DNA from: Raja brachyura
Taxonomy: Eukaryota
Direction of reading: 5' to 3'
Assembly (NCBI GenBank): GCA_963514005.1
Contig: OY740810.1
Coordinates: 24,056,001 to 24,120,000 of the forward strand
DNA length: 64,000 bases
Shown here: positions 52,201 through 61,200 of the stretch, piece by piece
How the letters are laid out: every line of letters begins with the position of its first letter
Position numbering within the stretch: position 1 is the stretch's first letter
Position numbers and translations under genes: made by a program
The notes under the pieces: generated by a model
Seen by the model: the letters and a program-made list of their open reading frames with translations, nothing else
Told to the model about the DNA's origin: nothing
Databases searched by the model: none

Positions 52201-55200
52201 TCCGCACATTTCCGCACGGCTCCGGCGATTGAAGTGGGACCGGTCCCTCGACGCCGGACGGCTCAAGCGACCACGTTAGGTCACTCTCATTGCATAGAGT
52301 TGCATGCTGGTGGGACAGGCCTTTTACCCATTGCAGCTTCTATCACAGCAGGCCAGTTCTGATGCCATGTTAAGCTGCAACAGGAACTGAGATTTTTTCT
52401 CGTCACAGTTGCAGCCTGACCTGCAAGCCACTTCCAGTATTCATTTAAAATTCAGATTTTCAGCAACGGCAATAATTTGATTCACAAAATGTATTTTTTC
52501 TCCCTCCATTGTTATCTTTCTTTACATCTTTTTACAGACAGTTAACAAGCATTCCACACCCAAACATCTTCTTTGTACCACCCATTTCCCCCCTCTCTCT
52601 GCAACTGGTAACACGTTTGGTTTCCAACTTTTCCCAGTTGAATTGAATACTTTATTGCCATGTGACAAGTCACAGTGAAATCCTTTGCTTGCATACCCGA
52701 GGTATGCAAATAGTCGCCCATAAAGGATGCTTACAAAGTACCCCCGCGCTAGGTCCCCCTTACTTCTCCCCACCTTCCTCACGCCGGCCCCCCCCACCAC
52801 CGGTGGTCCTCCTTTGTGAAGAAAGTTCACTGACATGAAACATTAACTCTGCTTAACTTTCCACAGTGGCTGCCTGGCCAGCTGGGTATTTCCAGTATTT
52901 TCAGCTTTTATTTTTTTAGAAACATACCAACAAAGAAATATTGTGACGATTTAAGCCTTTAAATTTCTTGAAAACCTTCATCCAAAATTCACACAGATGA
53001 GAAATATTTCCTAATTATGAAAATGACAGCAGACAAAGCAAAACTGCCTATCATCAGGTATGTTCTGTCTTTTCTATCCAGATACATAATGTTATTCCTG
53101 GGCAATGGCTGGTTCTGCATGTCCCTCCTTACCAAGCTACAAAGCAGGGTGCAGAGCCTCTAACTTTATGATGCTCACTCACTACGCCACTGCCCTGAAT
53201 TCTTCTCCTCAAAAGGAATAAGCGAGTTCGGTATTCCGACTGCGCATGCCCAGGTGCTAGGTCACTCGCTATAAACATTCTCGGCTGTGCTGCTGCGTTG
53301 TGTGCAGGCTTTCGTCTTGTCCATGTTTGGGCCCGGGTCTCCGGCGCTGCGGGCGCTGTTGACTTGCTGCTGGCATTTGCAGCCGGCACGCGGGGAGGCG
53401 CTGCCTCCAGCTTGGCTCTACCTGGCCCTGGGACTGGCGGGGTGCCGGCGAGGAGCGTTGGAGCGAGTTTGGTGCTTCCTCTCCGTGCTGACTGTGGGCC
53501 GCCCGGGGGGGGGGGGGGGGGGGGGGTGGAACACGCATAAATTCTGAGAAGTAGTTATCCTGCAACAAAGTTGTTAAAACCATTCCAGCGAATCAACACA
53601 GATATTAAAATCTGGTTCTAAATCTAAATGGACAAAATCTGAAATATCTATAATGCACTGGAGACAGCAGTCAATACAACTCTGATAATTTGGTATCCAA
53701 TTATTTGGAAATCCCAATGCTTGGCTTCTGGCCTATTTGTTAGGCTGGCATGTGGCCGGAAGCAGCGGTCGAGAACATGAGAATTGGAATAGGTTTGTTG
53801 CCGGAGCCCGGAGTGTGGATAGATTTGTGATAAACTGAAACACACATGTCGAAAGATATATGCCGAATCTAATCTGGTCTTCATTTCCTCGCACCTTTCC
53901 ATTTACATTAATCTTATTGGGTTTAGTTTAGTTTAGAGATACAGCGTGGAAACAGGCCCTTCGGCCCACTGGGTCCGTGCTGACCAACGATCCCCACACT
54001 AACACTATCCTACATATACTAGGTACAATTAACAATTTTACCAAGTCAATTAGCCTGCAAAGCTGTACGTCTTTGGAGTAGGGGAGGAGACCGGAACTCC
54101 CGGGGAAAACCTGCAGGTCACAGGAGGAACGTAGAAACTCCGTAAAGACAGTACCCGCGGTCAGGATCGAACCCGGATCTCTGGTGCTGTAAGGCAGCAA
54201 CTCTACCACTGCGCCACCATGCCACCCGCTACTTTGATTTTTGGTTTATTTTAAAGAAACGATTAATTACTGCGTAACATGTAAAAAAAGAAATATGTTG
54301 GGTATGATTAATATTCTATAATCCAGAATATTTACTGGTTCAGCAGCAGCTAATGCGCAAGGATCCTGGTTGTTTGAGTTTTATTGTATTTATTTAATTT
54401 ACTCTCCATTTGAACAAAATCACAGAATGTGATTCAACATTCACAGCAACCAGTTATCTTTAAATAACATTGGTTAATTTAATTTTACATTTATGCTTAG
54501 TTCCAGTTGCGCATTGATCATATTTTGCAGACTGTTTTGCCTGACAACAACACCACTGTAGCAAGGACTAATATTGTTTTTGGAAATATTTTCACTACAT
54601 TGAGGATTTCAGAGGATATGCTGGCTGTTGACCATTCAACTTCAATTAAACAAGATATCCTCTAAAGATCCTAATCTGTATTTTACATTTGTCAAGTATA
54701 ACATCAATGTGAATTTCCCAATAAACATGCATGTGAACAAAAGGCCCACATCCAACTTAAGAAAAGTTAGCAGCATCAAAGCACGTGATTGCATATAATT
54801 TATAGCACATGGTCTCAGTCCTATTTTTATTTTACTAAGTTTAGTGTTTTACAGAAGTAATGCGCCCTCTTTAAATGTAACAGAGGCGCATTAAGAAAAT
54901 GCCATACAACAAATATACCTGCTACCATTGGGAAGGAAGTTCTGGAGTTGGAGAACCATTACCTCAAACTTCAGGAACAGCTTCTTCACAACAAGACAGC
55001 AGCAACAGATAGGAACTAAATGCTGGTGTAACTTGGCGGATCAGGCAGGATCAATGGAGAAAATGGATAGGTGACTTCCTCAGCACCGACCGACTGTGGA
55101 CTTTGCACTCTGGTTACTTTACCTACTTTGGGTTTTGCATTATCATTGTCTAGTTCACTGAGAATAACAGATATTATACGGTATGTTTAATGTTTCTTTT

Positions 55201-58200
55201 GTGACTAATGTACCTGTAAAGCTGCAGCACGTTATGATTTCATTGAAGATAGATAAAAAAAAAGCTGGTGTAACTCAGCGGGACAGGCAGCTTCTCTTGA
55301 GAGAAGGAATGGGTGACATTTTGAGTCGAGACCCATCTTCAGACTAGTTAGGGGAAAGGGAAACAAGAGATATAGACGATGATGTAGAGAGATAAAGAAC
55401 AATGAATGAAAGATTTGCAAAAAGGTAACGATGATAAAGGAAACAGGCCATTGTTAGCTGTTTGTTGGGTGAAAACAAGAAGCTGGTGCGACTTGGGTGG
55501 GGGAGGGATAGAGAGAGAGGGAATGCCGGGGTTACTTGAAGTTAGATAAATCAATATTCATGCCACTGGGCTGTAAGTTGCCAGTGTTCTTGTTCAAATC
55601 TGGTGCATTGCTTAATAACACTGTTGGAACTCATTAATCATCTTGTTTGCTTCCAATGCCGGCACATCTTGTCTCATTCTAAATTTGTTTCCTTCTGCCA
55701 AGCAGTGGATCACAGAGTTGGCTACTCAAAAGCACGACTGACAAATATTTCATTTAGTAAGTTAAGCCTGCACCCAAATTAGTATTCTGCTCTTTTTCCC
55801 CCTCCACATATGTTGTCTGATTTCATGTGCATTTTGCATATTTTCCATTTCTGTTTCAGATTTACAGGATGTGCGAGATCTATATTACTAAATCTATAAT
55901 CTGTAGAATGTTACACTTTATTAACATATGCAGCTCCCCGCCCCTCGTGTAACGCCCAGTGTATAACACATGGTGGTTTAGTGATAGTCACTTCTTTCCT
56001 GTATAAATGGGTCACTTTATAAATCAGTTCACAATGAACTATCCCTTTTGGGCTCACTCCGTCCCTAGCCAACAGCCTATCAGGGAACCTCCCTATCTGA
56101 GGTGATTTGTTGCTTGCCGTGATTTGTGTTGAATTTTTCATGCTTCCAATCCACCCCCCTCCCCCACAATCAGTCTGAGGAAGGGTCCCGACCCGAAAAG
56201 TCACCTATCCATTTTCTCAGGTGATGCTGCCTGACCTGCTAAGTTACTCCAGCATTTAGTTTCTATCTTTGGTATAAACCAGCATCTGCACTTCATTTTT
56301 ATATTATATCTCATTTTTTAATTGATGAATTGAATAACAACTGGAGGTAACTAAGAATTTAATTAGGCATACATTACAGAAAAACTGTAGAGCCAATTAG
56401 TTATTAAAAAAATGTGCATTTAGGCGGATCTCAAGTTGATCTCATGGCACAAGGGGAATATGTGGTGGCTGGGCTGGTGTGGGAGCGGTTCCTTTTCATG
56501 GGACACTGCATCAGTTCTGGTGTAGTAAGGGGTGGTATCAATGGGATAGTGTTTCCCAACTGGGATGGGACACCTCCCATGACAGAAAAGATAAATATAG
56601 AGCTAGCAGAAGGGGAGACACTAGACCCCAATATCTCTGCTGACTACACCTCAACCAACTGCCTGAAGGACTCCAAACCATGTGCTCAGTTTCTCCAGCA
56701 CTGTCTCGTCTGTGTTGATGACAAGACTTTCCAAGCCAGTGCTTCTCAAATGTCTTCCGTTTCCCTTAACCATGGTTTCCCCTCTCTGAAAATGGAGAGA
56801 ACTCACAACCACATCTACACTCTCCCTAGTCCTTGTTGCCTACAACACATTTGTGCCTGCTGCACTATTCATCAGGAGTATGACTGATCTTTTACCTCTG
56901 TGCCACTTCTCTACAGTAACCCTTGAATGTCTCAATATTCTCTTAATATTAAATCTTATCGATCATCCTTTTTCTTTTTGATTAGTTGACAACTATCCCA
57001 GCATGGAGTTTTCTGTATAATTGCAAGCTCAACAGAGAGAACCTTTTCTAACTGTGGAAGAGAGGGATGATGTTCATGATACCAAGAAATCCATTATAAA
57101 ATTCAGTAGAAGCTCCTTTACCTGAAGAATGGTGAGAATGAGGAACTTGTTACCACAGGAAATGTTTGAAGTGAATTGCACTTAGGGGAAACCAAGGTGA
57201 CGGAGAGGGTTGATTAGGGCAGTACAGTGGCACAGCTGGTAGAGCTGCTGCCTAACTGTGCCAGAGACGCAGGTTTGATCCTGACCTTGGGTGCTGCCTG
57301 CGTTTGTATGATCTCCCTGTAACTGTGGGTTTCCATCCACATCCCAAATACATGCCGGTTTTAGGTTAATTGACATCTGTAAATTGTCCCTACTGTGCAG
57401 AGCGTGGGTGGGAAAGGGGAATAACAGAACTAGTGTGAATGGGTGATTGATGGCCGACGTGGACTAGAGGGCCTGCTTCCATGCTGTATCTCTAAACTAA
57501 ACTAATGAGATTTACAAGGCTGGAAAATCATATGCAGAAGTAGGGAATAGAGGATAATGTGAAAACATTTAAATGAGAATAGCTGGGGTGAGGCTGTAGC
57601 GGGGCCTAACTAATAATAATTACAATGAGTGTAAGGAGAAGCAGTGGAAAACTGTTCCAGAGTGGAAGGACTGATGAGTGTTTGGTGTCTTGGTACTCTA
57701 GCCTGATGAAGTTCATAAGGGAAGCTGAAATGAGGAATTTAGACAGATTGTTTTAGATTTCTATAATGTTCTGATACCTTCGCTCTCATCCTGATTGCAT
57801 TTCCAAACACGATAAAATGCTATGGAATGGGATTCAATAGATAATAGAGTAGGAGTAGGCCATTTGGCCCTTCGAGCCAGCACCGCCATTCAATGTGATC
57901 ATGGCTGATCATCCCCAATCAGTACCCCCTTCCTGCCTTCTCCCCATATCCCCTGACTCCGCTGTTTTTAAGAGCCCAATCTAGATCTCTCTTGAAAGCA
58001 TCCAGAGAACCTGCCTCCAACGCCCTCTGAGGCAGAGAATTCCACAGACCCACCACTTTCTGTGAGAAAAAGTGTTTCCTCGTCTCCGTTCTAAATGGCT
58101 TACTCCTTATTCTTAAACTGTTGCCCCTGGTTCTGGACTCCCCCAACATTGGGAACATGTTTCTTGCCTCTAGTGTGTCCAAGCCCTTAACAATCTTATA

Positions 58201-61200
58201 TGTTTCAATGAGATCCCCTCTCATCCTTCTAAACTCCAGAGTGTACAAGCCCAGCTGCTCCATTCTCTCAGCATATGACAGTCCGCCATTCCGGGAATTA
58301 ACCTTGTAAACCTACGCTGCAGTCCCTCAATAGCAAGAATGTCCTTCCTCAAATTAGGGGACCAAAATTGCACACAATACTCTAGGTGTGCTCTCACTAG
58401 GGCTCTGTACAACTGCAGAAGGACCTCTTTGCTCCTATATTCGATTCCTCTTGTTATAAAGGCCAACATGCCATTCGCTTTCTTCACTGCTGCTGTACCT
58501 GTATGCTTACTTTCATAGACTGATGTCCAAGGACCCCCAGATCCCATTGTACTTCCCCTTTTCCCAACTTGATGCCATTTAGATAGTAATCTGCCTTCCT
58601 GTTTTTCTCACCTCACCTCAAAACTTCTGCATTAGAATGGTCAGGACATTGACGTAGAATATTTCCAGCTTTTGAATGAGTATTTTATTCTTTATTTGTG
58701 CTTGCTTTAAATATTAACATTGTGCTTTACTTAAGGATGTAAATATTTGATTCATGATTTAAATGTGGCTCCGGTGATGTGTCTCCACACAGTTAAGGAA
58801 AGGCAGACACTGGGGTAACTCAGTGAGTCAGTCAGCAGACTTTGAGCCTTATTAAGTACACTGCAAAATTGAATGAGGTCCTGGATAAAATGTAATCAAC
58901 AGTGGCCAAATATAAATACTTAAATATAAATAAATACACAACGATGCATATATTAAATATAATGTTAACAGTTTTGGGTTCTGCGATTGGGAAGCCCATC
59001 TCTTTGAGCTAACCAAGCACATGACTGCCAGTAAAGATTTCCCAATCAGTAGGCAGGACCAAACATTTTGCAATAATTTTTTATAGACGTCCTTGTGCGA
59101 ATCATCTACCACAAGTCTCCAAATATAAGTCACTTAATATTTTCAAACTGTGTATATCCTGTTAATTTAAGAAAAATGTACACACAGCAACTCTTGAAAC
59201 ATCACTTTCTGCATTCTTGACAATTCAGCCATAGGGCAGCGTGTGATTCCATGCAAAGGTCTCCTCTACATCACACCCTCTAAACTAAAAGCTATTTTGA
59301 AACCGCAGTGGGGAAAAGGTATTAGCGATCATCAGTACAATTACCTCACATTTTCCCCACACAGGTGATTAAGCGATTTCAAAATCTTTACCATTATGAT
59401 AGACAGATAGACACCAAAGATAGTACAGTTTCCTTGCAATTGCAGGATTTACTCAAGCAAAAGTACATTTATAATGAGATAAAGGGCAGTTTCTAAAAGA
59501 TTTTAAAATATGTTTACTTCTATTACAAAAGTTTTCACAATAACTGGTACAATTCTAAGGAGGTGAAAGTGCCCAAAAGTGCTTTCATCTCTCTGGAAGA
59601 ACCAAATGGCCACTGCACAGGGCGACACAGTGGCACAGCTGGTAGAGCTCCTACCTCACAGTGCCAGAGATCCATAATTACAATGTTTGGATATCTACCG
59701 GGATAGAAAGGATTGTGAATGATATGGCCCAAACACAAATGGGACCAGCTTGCATAGGCACCAGGTTCGGCATGGAAGAGTTGGGCTGAAGGGCTGTTTC
59801 TGTGCTTCAGACCATAAGACACAGGAGCAGACTTAGGCCATTTGGCCCATCGAGTCTACTCCACCATTCCATCTTGGCTGATGCATTTTCCCTCTCAACC
59901 CCATTCTCCTGCCTTCTTCCTGTAATCTCGGACATCCTTACTCATTAAGAACCTATCAATTTCCACTGTAAAAATACCTAATGTCTGGGCCTCTATAGTC
60001 ATTGATGGCAATGAATTCCACAGATTTGTCATCCTCCGGGTTAAGCAATTCCACCTCATCTCCTTTCTTCCTTTTATTCTGAGGCTGTGCCCTCTGGTTC
60101 TAGACTGCCCCATTACTGGAAACATCTTTTCCATGTTCCCTCGCCTTTCATTATTTTGTAATTTATCACTCTATGACTCAATATATCCATTAACTTACAT
60201 GGGTAAGTTGTGTCTACAAATATGCCAGTTTTTAGATTTAACGTTTAGAGTGGGAAAGTATTTATTTAAGCAATGATGTTCTAGTTATCTCTTCGCATGT
60301 TTAGACAGGATTGGCCACAATCAGTAATCATTAAGTTTCATGGGCCTTACCTATGAAATTCAACCACTGGGTCAGAAGTGGAGGTTGGGCTCCATCGAGT
60401 AATGTGCCAGATTGCTGTTGGTGACCTTTGGGATTTATCACGACAGGAGGAACAGGCAGCAGTGTCGAGACTACAAAATGATCACCTGCCTTAGAGAGAA
60501 TCCTAGAGGTTGCTCCAAAGTCTTTTATACTGCATCTCTTCAGAGTCTCTTCTTTCAAAGATCCCCAAGAACTTCACATCCTAATTATATGCTTTATCAA
60601 GTGGTGCAGCTTTCAAGTGGTGCAGCTTTCAACTGGGTCAATTGGCAAAACATGCAGCAGAGCCAGTATTTCCCTTGCTAAATTTTAAATTGCATACACC
60701 TTGTAAGCCATCAAATTCACATTGTACGCCACCAAATTCCTCTCACTGGTAAAGGGACAGCACAGATACAACAGCATAAATCTCCAATCTAGATCCCACA
60801 GCCAACAGCAATGTGATGAGATTGTAATGTTTAGGTAATAACATGAAATATTCTGTCTTCACAGAGTTATGGTGGGCCATGGCAATAATATGAGATGACA
60901 AAAAAAAGCCCTTTCTATTTTAAAAGTTCAAACCATTTTGTTAAATGTTTTATTACCATACACTCCTGCAAGAGAACATGAAAATCAGTAAAGTTGTCTG
61001 CTGTTGCATTTGTAACCAGGTTTGGTATATAATCCTTTCTGTCTTGACAATGCCGAAACATCAAGCATCCTCCTCCTCACCTCACCAATAGCACAATTTC
61101 TGCCAACTGCTTCAAACTTGACCAAAGGCTATTAGAGAAATGCCATGCATTTGGCATCCTCCCAGTTCAAGCAGATGACAATATTTTCATTAACCTCAAA

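Noticed and set aside
51580-52362. 260-aa ORF with THREGHG repeats
   Set aside because: Spans the junction of two MITEs and their internal tandem repeat; no recognisable domain.
60598-60632. 16-bp tandem duplication CAAGTGGTGCAGCTTT
   Set aside because: Ordinary local duplication with no further structure.
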